From: Camelus dromedarius
Lineage: Eukaryota
Direction: 5' to 3'
Assembly (NCBI RefSeq): GCF_036321535.1
Contig: NC_087447.1
Coordinates: 46,750,001 to 46,814,000, forward strand
Length of the DNA stretch: 64,000 bases
Both the position numbers and the translations under genes were made by a program. This document shows positions 13,111-24,378 of the stretch, one piece after another; positions within the stretch are counted from its first letter, which is position 1, and every line of letters starts with the position of its first letter. The notes below the pieces were generated by a model. The model had not been told where the DNA came from. It was given only the letters and a program-made list of their open reading frames with translations, and did not search any database.

Positions 13111-14447
13111 TCTTGTGAAGTGTGTGTTCCTGAAGATATCCTGACTAATTCACTGGGACCATCATGCAAATACTGTTGTCTTCTGTGCATCAAGCAACGT
13201 GCTAGGTACTTGACTTGTATTATCAGGTTATCTTATTTAATTTTTACAACAATTATTTAAGTGAGGACCGTTAATCCCATTATCCTGTTTGAAAAAACTG
13301 AAACCCAGGAAGTTTCAGTATCTTGCCCAGGTCAGACAGCTCAAAGGACAGAGCTGAAAGTGACTCTTAATCTTGTGTTTTACCTGCTACCCAATACCAC
13401 CCATGATGCTGGGCGTGGGGAGAATGAGGAGGCTCAGACTGGGATGGCTGTGGGGACTCAGAGGCAAGGATGTGGGCTGCATCTCCTCTTTTGTGCGGCC
13501 ACCTGTAGCAGCCTGAGGCTTGACACCATTCCCACCAGGAGGGGAGAACTTGCTTGGCACAAAGCACTTAGGCTAGACAGATATGTCAGTCCTTCACTGA
13601 GGGTAGAGCTGACAGTCTGAAGGGAGCCTCAAGAATGCAGCAATGGGGCCAGAGATAGGAGGACAGTTACCATCCACAGGCCCTGTCCCTTTACATACTT
13701 AATCCCCAGTCCCCTGAAGACCCTGACCCCAGCATCTCCATACCTTCCAACCTCATCAAGCTGAGCCTGAGCTGATCCCAGGTGCTGCCTTACAGAATTT
13801 GAATAATTCATGTCCCCGTGATCTGAGGTGTCAGTTTCACTCACTCTGTTCCCATGGACACAGGCGTCCCAACTGAAATTGAGCTAATGAAAAGGGACAA
13901 GGGGCAGGGCCTGCTGTCCAGTGTCTCAGGAGGCTCAGGACTGGTAGGTTCCCTGCCCCTGTCCTGCTGAGAATGCACCAGGCTCACCCAGAGTCAGGTG
14001 TAGGGGATGGAGGGAGGAAGTCAGGGGTCCTGAAACAGAGGTCGGAAAAAGGAAGAGAGGGTGGAAAGAGGAAGAGCAGAGTCAGGGAGGCAGAGAGCAA
14101 GAAACAATTATAGAGGAAAAGACAGGAGCAAATAGAGGCTGAAAGGTAAAGGGGGTGGGGAGCAGGGGCAGAGGCCAGGAGAGGCAAAGACTAGCAGAGA
14201 AGGAGGAACAGCAGATGCCAAGGACCAAGTACTAAAATCCCAGGGCAGGTACAACTAAGAGGGTCAGGTAACTGGAAGGGCTGCAGGGCTCCCTGGAGAG
14301 TAGTCCGATCCAACGGAGATCTCAGTCTTACTTTTAACTTCCAGGGATTGTCCACACCATCCTTGCCAGCAAGGCCTGAAGCTGCCCTAGGTCAGGCTGG
14401 GAGGCTCACACCCACGGACTTACCCCTCCTCTTGCAGTGGCAAGGCC

Positions 14448-17400
14448 ATGGGACCCCGGAGCCACCAGCTCAGCCTCGGCTTCTCTGTCTCCTGCCTGGA
14501 CCTTCTGCTCCTGCTCCCACTCCTTCCAGGTATGAAGCTCAGTAAACCAGCCCTGGCCTCTCTGGGCGTTGCTGCTATTCCTATCCTCCCTGAATCTCTT
14601 TCCACATGCTCTTTATTTCTGTGCTGGCAACAAGTGTGGAGCCAGGGGAGCCAAAAAGGGTGAGAGGGGGCTTGCCTGGCTGGGGTGGGAGCAGTGAGGT
14701 GGGGAGCTCCCAGGGGTAGGGCTGAAAAAGCCAAGGGGTGGGGAGGGGGGCAGATCATGAAGCTCCTTGAATGCCAGGCTGAGTTTGGGCTCTATCCAAT
14801 TAGGGAGTCATTGAATGGGTTTCAGCAGCTACTGGTCTAGTCAGATTTGCTTGTTTCGAAGCTTGATTTCTCAGAAGTGTAAAGATGGTTAGAGAGGTGG
14901 GCCTGAGGCAGGGGAGCAGAGAGGAGGCTGCTGCTGCTGTGGTCCACTCAAGGGAGGATGGGCCTGAGCTGGAGAGGCCATGAAGCACTCAAGAGATGCT
15001 CAGCAGTACGACTGACAGGATTTGGGCACAGGATGGTTGGCAGAAGGAGGGGGCAGAAGCTAATTCCCAGATTTCCAGCTGAGATCACCAGGGGAGGGGG
15101 AGGTGCTGTTTGATGAGATGGGGAACACAGAACAAGGAGCAGGTTTCAGAGCATGGGGGAAGGAAAGGAGTTCATATTTTGGACCTACACAGTTCAAGGT
15201 GCCAAAGGACATTTAGGACATTCAGGTCTGGAGCTCAGGAGAAAATTCTGGGCTGGAGAAGAAAGGAGATGAGGGCCAAGGACAGGATTCTGGGGAACAA
15301 TACTTAAATCAAGGACTGAGGACCATGAGGTATGTCACAAAAGCCCAGGGAAGAGTGTGTTTTCAGGAGGGAGGGGGCCATAGTGTCAGAAGGTTTGAGG
15401 AAATCAACTAAAGTACAGCTGGAGAAGCAGAGACAGGCTGGAGAGACGGGAGGGAGCAAGGCAACGGGGTTCCTGATGCCTGGGTGAGAGCTGGGACTCT
15501 TCTGGTCTGTTTGGGCCCCTCTAGCATTTGTGGTGGGGGAGGCAGAATCCAGAGCCTTGGGAAGGGGAAGGTGGGGAAGAAACCCATCAGCCTTGTTTCA
15601 GAAGACAGTATGTACTCACACTACGGCCTTCACCTCATCCATCGCGGGAGGCAGGCCAGGGAGGAATAGAATTGCAGCTAGAGGGGCACAGAGCAGGGAC
15701 AGTCAGATGGCTGTGAAAGAATGGAGCAGGTGACAGGGCCTCAGCCTGTAGGAGTTACACAGTGTGAGCAGAGGCCCTTGGACTAGGGTTTCAGATGGAC
15801 ACCCCTTCTTGTTGGATCCCCTAGAGTGCATGGGAGCCGAGGGCAGGCTGGCACACAAGCTGTTCCGAGACCTCTTTGCCAACTACACAAGTGCCCTGAG
15901 ACCTGTGGCAGATACAGACCATGCTCTGAACGTGACCCTGGAGGTGACGTTGTCCCAGATCATTGACATGGTGCGTTGTGGTTGTACAACCGTGGAGTGT
16001 GCTGGTGACAGTGTCAAGCAATGTGGGGGAGAGACCGGGATTATTCTCCAAATAATTATTTCTTGTAAACGTTAATATTAACAATAATGATAGCTACCAA
16101 CTGTTGCATACTAATTGTTGGGTACCCACAGTGTGCCCAATACTTTGCACACTTAAATCCCTGCCTAGCAGGGATTATCACTCATGTAACTGCTAAGGAA
16201 ACTGAGGCCCTGAGAAGACAAGAACCTGCCAAGGTCACATAGCAAAGCTGGGTGGGAACTGGACTGTGTGGGCAAGTCTGGTTTGTGGGTGCTGACCAGA
16301 GTCCTGCAGGTGAGTGTGCAGGCACAGGGGATGGTATGCACAGACGTGTCCACATCTGTGCGCACTCCCTGCCCTCAACTAGGATGAGCGTAACCAAGTG
16401 CTGACCCTGTACCTGTGGATCCGACAGGAGTGGACAGATGCCTACCTGCGATGGGACCCCGATGCCTATGGGGGCCTGGATGCCATCCGAATCCCCAGCA
16501 GTCTAGTGTGGCGGCCTGACATCGTACTCTATAACAAGTACTGCCTGTCTGGGCCCCTCCCCTCGGCTCCCTGTCCCTAGAGTTGCCCTTGGCTCTGGGT
16601 ATGCACTCAATTCCCGTCTCCCACACTGAACCTGGCTGCTATGCTGCCCTGGAAGCTCCCCCCAGGACCCTTCTAAAGTGCCAGGAAGGTGTTGGCAATG
16701 GTGATCAGTGGTGCAGTAGGGCTTCCTGACAGCACACACACCATGGCCCCTGCCAAGGGCCTGCTGGAGGGACTTCATCATAGCCTGTCGATGGCACCAC
16801 CACCTTAGGCTGTCCCAAGCCAGTGCATGCTGACTGTCTCCTTAGGAACCCTCTGTACGGTCCAGGGCCAGTTCTGCATCTTTCACAGGGATGGTGCTGT
16901 GTACAAGTGCCTCTTCACAGGACACTCCACCTTTCCAGGCCTGAGTCTCTCAGGGCTTCCCCACGGCCTGCCTAGGATTTCCTCCAGGGCTTAGCCCTCT
17001 AGAGCACTCCTTTACGCGGCCTAAGCCAGTTCTGTGTTTCCCAGACAACACAAGGCTCTGTATATTTTCCCCGAAGCCCCTCTAAGAGCTTTGCAGATGA
17101 CACTAAAGTAAAGTCAATGTGTGCAGCCGCCAAATTTGGGGCTAGATCTGTGTCCCTTCTGGGCCCTTGAGGCGCTGACCCTTCTAGGCCTCCAAATGCA
17201 CAGAGGGCCCTTTCCAACGCTCCCTCAGCCCTCTGTGCCACCCCCGCCCCTCCAGGGGTCAGCCCTTGCCTCCGCACCGGTGAGACCTGCTCCGAGACCA
17301 CGGCCTCAGGGATCCCCACCCTCTCTCCGCAGGGCAGACGCGCAAGCGCCGGCCTCCGCCAGCACCAACGTGGTCCTGCGGCACGACGGCGCCGTGCGCT

Positions 17401-19010
17401 GGGACGCGCCGGCCATCACGCGCAGCTCGTGCCGCGTGGACGTATCGGCCTTCCCGTTTGACGCACAGCGCTGCGGCCTGACGTTCGGCTCGTGGACGCA
17501 CGGCGGGCACCAGCTGGACGTGCGGCCGCGCGGCGCCGCCGCCAGCCTGGCTGACTTCGTGGAGAACGTGGAGTGGCGCGTGCTGGGTATGCCGGCGCGG
17601 CGGCGCGTGCTGACCTACGGCTGCTGCTCCGAACCCTACCCAGACGTGACCTTCACGCTGCTGCTGCGCCGCCGCGCCGCGGCCTACGTGTGCAACCTGC
17701 TGCTGCCCTGCGTGCTCATCTCGCTGCTGGCGCCGCTGGCCTTCCACCTACCCGCCGACTCGGGCGAGAAGGTGTCGCTCGGTGTCACCGTGCTGCTGGC
17801 GCTCACCGTCTTCCAGCTGCTCCTGGCCGAGAGCATGCCGCCGGCCGAGAGCGTGCCCCTCATAGGTAAGCCCAGAGGGCGCAGGGAGATGGGGGAGGGG
17901 CCGGGGGAGGACGTCCCCCCAACCCCAACCCTAGGGCTGACCCGCGCGGGTCTCTGCAGGTGCAGGGGCGGGAGCCGGACCGGTCCTGGGTCAGCGGAGA
18001 GGCCCCCGTTGCGGGTCCTGTGAGCGTGCCTCGTTCTGAGATTGAGAAAGAAGGAGTAGGCTCCTTGCAGGAGACCACCCCTCTCCTCACCCGTAGGGGC
18101 GGAGGAAGGAATCCATCTTTTCTCAAAAGACTTGATCGAGGAAGATAGACTTCTCTCGGTATCCTTATAACATGCAAAACGTGTTGAGTGTCAGGCACTC
18201 TGCTAAACATTTGACGTTTATTAGCTCATCAAAGCATCACCACAGACGTTTGAGGAAAATTCTATGTAATTTGCCTCAGGTCTTGCCGGTTCTATTTAAG
18301 AGCGTGCCTTTCAAGGATTGTGGGTGAATCCAGCTCCCAGCAGTTAGGGAGCAGGTAGCCTCTGAGAACCCCATGAGGGAATGCGGGATGGGGAGCCCTT
18401 GGTTCTTACCTCCTTCCCACTTCCATCATTGGGCTTGGAGGCTCCCGAGAGTCTTATGGGGGGTGAGCCCATTCCTCCTATGCTCAGGCCCCTGGGGAGC
18501 TTAAGCCTCCCGAGTTCTTGCTTTGGGTCACAGCTCCCTCTCTCTCTTGCAGGAAAGTACTACATGGCCACCATGACCATAGTCACCTTCTCCACAGCGC
18601 TCACCATCCTTATCATGAACCTGCATTACTGTGGTCCCAGTGCCCGCCCAATGCCAGCCTGGGCTCGGGCCCTCTTGCTGGGACACCTGGCACGGGGCCT
18701 GTGCGTGAGGGAACGAGGGGAGCCCTGTGGGCAGTCTAGACCACCTGAGTCACCCCCTAGTCCCCAGCCTCCTGATGGAGGGGCTGGTCCCCCAGCAGGC
18801 CCTTGCCATGAGCCACGATGTCTGTGCCGCCAGGAAGCCCTACTGTACCACATAGCCACCATCGCCAACAGCTTCCACAGCCACCGGGCTGCCCAGCGCC
18901 GCCATGAGGACTGGAAGCGTTTGGCCCGTGTGATGGACCGTTTCTTCCTGGGCATCTTCTTCTCCATGGCCCTGGTCATGAGCCTTCTGGTGCTGGTGCA
19001 GGCCCTGTGA
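14448..19010 (+). CDS. CHRNA10: Neuronal acetylcholine receptor subunit alpha-10, 5 coding exons, 457 aa
   Basis: Exons 14448-14529, 15825-15970, 16383-16537, 17333-17865, 18553-19010 total 1374 nt with consistent phases. Signal peptide, WRPDIVLYN, Cys-loop [15 protein letters not shown], vicinal YGCCSEPY and four TM segments are present; the protein ends LLVLVQAL*. Confidence 0.96.
17270..18030. other. Intragenic CpG-rich island over CHRNA10 exon 4
   Basis: CpG and GC density are visibly very high compared with the flanks (not computed). Confidence 0.75.
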
Positions 19011-19489
19011 GTCGGTCTGCTGCAGCCACAGCACCTCCAGACAGGAGTGGAACAGTCAGGTGGTGGTTGGCCCTTGGGCCACCCAGTCTCTCTCCGCTGG
19101 GCCTCAGCGCCTGGGACAGTCTCTCTGCAGTACTACTGACTTCACAAATCAGAGGGAGTACTCATTGTCTTCGTAACCTAACCTCTAAGGGAAAGCCAGG
19201 GCTTGCCGCTCTCCTGATTCCTACAGTGGGAGAACTCAAAAGGGTCAAGATCAAAGTGCAGCCCTGGAGGGAAGAACTGAACTTCGGTGCTGAGTGTTAG
19301 AGCTTTCAGTGGAGAGAATGCAGGTATGACAAACAGAATGGCCTTCTCCCTTCCTTCCTCTGTAACTGCTGTTACAGAGACTTGGTCTTGCCTGTCCCTG
19401 CCCATGGGCTCAGGGAAGGGATTTAGAATTCCTGGTCTAGTTCCAGAGCAGGAGGCCACACAAGGATTGGCCCCAAAGCCCCGACTCAT

Positions 19490-19495
19490 AATAAA
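19490..19495 (+). terminator. CHRNA10 polyadenylation signal
   Basis: AATAAA followed by GTGTGTG/T-rich sequence. Confidence 0.7.
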
Positions 19496-20077
19496 GTAAG
19501 TGTGTGCCTTGTACCTCCTCCACGTCCTGATTTATCCTCAGGCCTATGGTGGCGGAATTTGAGGTTCCAGCCTCTTAGGAGCCTTAGGATTCAAGGATCA
19601 GAGGAGAAATTACATCACTGCTGACAAGAAAATGACGGATTCGATTGAGACTCTAGCAGAGGAGCTAAAGCTATCTCAGCTCTTCTCCTGCCCCCTGCCC
19701 TCTACAGTTAGAGCCAGTCCACCCTATTCTCACAGTGACATCCAGAGAGCTTGCCAGTGCCCACGGTGGAGGGGGGTAGTTCAGGGCCCCACATTCACAA
19801 GGTATTTGTTTCTTTCTGACTTTCACACGTTTTCTGGCACCACTTCTGTGCCTCAGATACAGTCCCTGCCCTCTGGGAGCTCATAGTCAGATGTGGGAGA
19901 CAGGCACATGGTATAAAGAGGCAAGGCCCCTAACCCAGCAGGGTGGAGAGACCAGAGAAGAAGGCTTCCTGGAGGATCGAATAGGACATGTCCAGGCGCA
20001 CACGGGAGGCATTTGAGTAACATCAGCAAATGCCATGGCCAAGTACTTTCCTGCCCAATCACACCCCTCCAAACTAG

Positions 20078-20083
20078 TTTAAT
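20078..20083 (-). terminator. Candidate ART1 polyadenylation signal
   Basis: ATTAAA on the minus strand about 260 nt after the stop codon. Confidence 0.45.
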
Positions 20084-20341
20084 CTTTTATCTCCAAGTGG
20101 GTGGTTACCTGTCCTGCAGTGCCCCCACCTCTATTCGGCATCTTACTCCTAGAGCCCTGGGTGAGGCTCAGTCCCCACATTCTCCTTTTCCCATCAGCAG
20201 GCCTGCCAGCTGCTGGAGAAAGTCCCAGAGTTTCCTGCAGATAGAGTTACCATGGATCTTGGTCACACTTAAAGCACATACGTGGCCAACATCCTCACGT
20301 TGGGCAGAGGCAGCAGGTGGAGATGTTCAGTGGCTGATGGA

Positions 20342-23300
20342 TCAGAGGAGGCCTGAAGTCTCTGGAGAGGCTCCCCCCACAAGGAACCAAAGCAGCAGTA
20401 GAAGGGACCAAACTGCAGAAAGGGGGCCCTGACCCATGGCTGCAGGGAAAACAGAGGCAGAGAGATTTAGGAGCAAGGTGAGGTACACAAAGAGACGAGA
20501 TGAAGAGAAGCAAGCAGAATGCACCGGAAAGATTGATACACAGAGCGTGATGGGAGAGAGGATGAGGAAGGATTTAGGGAGGAAGGTGGACTGAGATGAA
20601 AAGACCAAGGAGAGCCCCAGGTCCCCTTCCAGAGGCCATTAGGTCTGTCCTCTGCCTGCTGTTGACACAGCTGAGACACTGTGGGGTGGAATGATGTGTG
20701 ATAGCAGTCTGAGCGGGATCTGGAGATGTTGAGCTTTTCTCCCCTGCCCGGACTGGTAGGAGAGGTGCTGGTAGACCGGGGCAGAGGGGTGAGAATCCTA
20801 AACTTACCCAGTGTTTGAAATTGCATTATCAGAACTCAAAGAAGCTGGGTTGGAGGCTGGAGACCTGGCTTCTAGTGTTGACTCTGCCACTAACACAGTC
20901 ACTGGAGCAAGTCACTTCTGTCTCTGGCTCTCTCTTTACTATATAATGAGGATAGTATTCTCTGTCCCACATCCTTCCAATCGATTACTGTGCAGTAAGT
21001 ATAAAATAAGGCAGCATCTGGGAAGGCAGGGGCCAGCCTGGTGTGGTGGCTCAGAGTTTGGCTCTAGGACCAGACTGTCTGGACCCCACCTTTTGCTAGC
21101 TCTGTGTATGGGGCTGGTTGCTTCACCTCTCTGTGCCTTCACTCTCATCTGTAGAACAGGGGTAATGACAGCACCGGTACATTGGATTGTGGTGAGGATT
21201 CACGTGCCTGGAACTCTGAGGGGTACTACGTCATGGAGAAGGGTGGGAACAAAGTGGAGGCTGGGCTCCTTCCTGCCGCTCTTCCCCAAGCCCTGAGGGA
21301 GGAAGGTGGGACCCAAGGGGGTGGGAGAGGCGGCTGTGGTTTCTTCCCTGGGAATGGCCTGTTCCAGTAGGTTCCCCTGGGAAAGCCTGTTCCCATCTAG
21401 AGAAGTGGTGGCCCAGGCAGGCCCTGGCACAGCAGCTTTTCAAGAGAAGAGAAGAGTCACAGCCAAAGGGGATCATCTGGTTCAATATGCTTACTGTACA
21501 GATAGGGAAACTGAGACCTAGAGCAGGAATAACGGGTCACAGAGAGAGTCAGGGCAGAGCCTGGGCTAGAACCGAGGTCTCCAGCACCCAAGGCCTGACC
21601 CTAACTTTGGGAGGTGGTCTGAGGGAGCCCTGAGGGCAGTAACAGACAGAGGGTTCTGCAGCTGAAGGAGGAGAAGCCCAGGGAGGACTTAGTGGGAGTA
21701 GCTCTTCCCTCCATCACCTCAGTGTAGCCTGGAGCTCTCTGGGGCTGATCCGTGGCCTGCTGTGAAGGAGAGGACAGCCCTGGGCTGGGGGGCAGGTGTG
21801 TCATCTCGCCAATCACTGCTCCATACACACACATATATCCTCTGGGAGAGGTTAGCATCCCCCAGAGGTGTCTGCTTAAGAGAGTTTACTTTTTGGGGGG
21901 AGGGTATAGCTCAGTGGTAGAGTGCATGCTTAGCAATCCCCAGTACTTCCATTAGAAAAATAAATGAATAAGTAAATAAATAACTTAATTACCCTCCCCC
22001 TCAAAAAAAGAGTTTACTTTTTTTGATTAAAAGGGTATTGTTTTCCTTTAAATGGGGATATCCATCCAGGAGAAGGGTCCAATCCCAGGACAGCCTGGCC
22101 ATCCCCAAACAGAGCCCCATAGATGCTTGCAGCTCTTACCTGAGTTACCCAGCCTGCAGGGCCCAGACTTGCATTGCTTCTCTGTAAGGAATAAATGGTA
22201 AAGAATCAAGAAGGGCTCAGTAGCTCTCAGGACCAAAAGGGGCCCCAGAGCCCCGTTGTCCATCCCTCACTTGCCCTGGGAAAAGCTGGTGCATTTCCCC
22301 CTAATTCTGCTTCCTTATAGTAAGACCTCTCTTGCCTGGGTTTGATTTGACCCATGAGCAGCAGGGCCAGAAGGTCGTCTGGGCGCTCCTGCTCCCTCGG
22401 CCTGTAACCTTGCCTCCCTGCCACACCCACTTCTCCCATGCCTTGTCCCAGCAGAGAAAGGGAGATTCTTTGCGTGTCTCCCTCACCTTCCATCAACTCA
22501 TGCATGCTTGTGATGCTGTCCAAGATGGGAACTGAAGCCACCTCCCACTTGGTCCATGGTTCCAGCTGACAGCCTGCCTCTCACTATGAAAACTGGGTCT
22601 CACACGTCCCTGGGCATCCCTCAGCCAGGACCAGCAGCCCACAGCCCCATCAGAGATTAAGGACCTGGGCCCATCCTCATGATTCCTCCTCTGTTGGGTC
22701 CTGGGGGTATGGTCACGAAAGCATGTGAAAGCTGCCACAGTCCGAACTAGAACTTAGTGGTGTCGTACCTGACTGCTGTCTCCCCATCCCCACTCTGCAC
22801 ACACCACACCTCAGGATTTCTGTTCAGTCCAATAAACACATTCCTCTCGGAAACTGAGGTTGGGGCGCTTACTCATTTCCAGCAACCGCTTCCAGCCGGG
22901 AGAAAAACCTAAGTCTGTTCAGCCCACAAATGACCAGAGACACCTGCCTTGGTCAGGAAACCCTAGCCTCCCAGCAGACAAATGGCCAGCTCTGGCTTAG
23001 ACACCTCCAGGGTCAGGAGGCAAGTGTACTACCTCGGAAGGTTATGTCTCCCCTTGGATGGAAGTGGTGGAGGGGCTGGGGGACAGGACTGGGTCCTCTG
23101 GATTGTTGGTTTCCTTTAAATATCTGTGTATGTACCCTCTGAAAATGGGACTGGGAAGCCCACCTCCTGCACAGCTGCTGGCCTGCTCATGCCCGCTCAC
23201 CTTTGATGTACTCACAGTTGTACGTGCTGCGCTTGCCCAGAGCCCTGAGGTAGATGCGAGCGGGGCCCTGGGCTGGTCTGCTGGCATTGATCACCTGGAA

Positions 23301-24308
23301 GGTCTCGAAGGGAGGGATCAGCACCTCCTCCTCCCCAGGGAAGAAGGAGTAGCCCTTTACAGGGGCCCCGAGGCAGGTCCAGATGCCAAAGAAGGTGTCC
23401 TCGCCAAACTGCTGGGCTGCAACATTCTGCAGGGACGCGGAGGCAAAGCCCCCCAGCCTGACGGTGGCCCCGGGCCCTGCTGGCCAGAAGCGCAGACCAT
23501 GCACCCCTCGGAACACCTGGCGGCACTGGGGAGAACGCTGGCCCCTGCCCAGCAGCTGCAGGGCCTCAGTCAGCAGGAAGTGGAGTGTCTTGAAGGAAAA
23601 GTGGTGGAGGTAGTGGGCCCGGGAGCGGCCAGCCTCTCGCACGGCTGCGTTGAACTCCTTGTGCAGGGGGCTGTTGGCTGTGTAAGCCAGGAGGGCCACC
23701 CCATGCTCATCACGGAAGCCAGGGGGCGGGGGCAGATGGGTAGGGCTGAGGCCCCACTCTGGCCCCCAGGCCTGGCGCTCCTGCCAGTGGCTGCTTGCCT
23801 GCGCCCAGCCGTCAGCGTACACTCTGTTGGCCTGGAACTCCGTGCGGTTGAGGTCCGGGAGAGCAGCCGTCATGGCTGCGGCACAGCCAGCATACTGGTC
23901 GTCAAAGGAGGCCAGGGCCATGTCCAGGGGCATTTCTCGAGAGAAGAGGTCTCGTCGTGTGATGGGGTGGATCTGGGCCTGAGGGAGGGGGTACAGCAAG
24001 GACAGAGAGAGTGGGCCCCAGGAGAACGGGAGCGCTGTTTTCCAGCTTTCTCCTCCACTGAGCCGAGAGTGAGCAAGGGCCCCGGACACGCTTAGAGAGG
24101 AAGGGGACTAGGAACTACTAGCTATAAATTCCCCGAGACTAGGGTCTGGGGCTGTCCTCTTGGGCTGAGCAATCCCCAAGGGAAGCAACAGGCAGAGATC
24201 CAAAACCAACAGCTGGAGGATGGGGACAGTGGAGGATGACCATACCTGAAGTGCTTCCAGGAGGCCCATGGATACAAGCAGCAGAGACATCATGGCAGGG
24301 ATCTGCAT
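20342..24308 (-). CDS. ART1: GPI-anchored ecto-ADP-ribosyltransferase 1, 4 coding exons, 326 aa
   Basis: Exons 24246-24308, 23201-23978, 22140-22181, 20342-20439 total 981 nt. Signal peptide MQIPAMMSLLLVSMGLLEALQ, R-S-EXE motif (VFRG, FASAS, GEEEVL) and a hydrophobic GPI tail AMGQGPLSAVWSLLLLLWFLV. Confidence 0.95.
21895..22008 (+). mobile_element. tRNA-derived SINE (Vic-1-like) with internal deletion
   Basis: GGGGAGGGTATAGCTCAGTGGTAGAGTGCATGCTTAGC joins directly to AATCCCCAGTAC. 14-bp TSD AGAGTTTACTTTTT at 21881-21894 and 22009-22022. Confidence 0.85.
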
Positions 24309-24315
24309 GTTGGAG

Positions 24316-24378
24316 GTGACCCTGAGCAGGTTACTGTCTCTCTTTGGGTCTCAGTTTCATCATCTGGAAAATGGGAAT
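24316..24378 (-). mobile_element. MIR core overlapping the acceptor and 5'UTR of the first coding exon of ART1
   Basis: Minus strand reads CCCATTTTCCAG|ATGATGAAACTGAGACCCAAAGAGAGACAGTAACCTGCTCAGGGTCAC, resembling the MIR core. Confidence 0.7.

Noticed and set aside
23058..24095. 345-aa plus-strand ORF
   Set aside because: Antisense shadow of the GC-rich large ART1 exon, with no recognisable protein.
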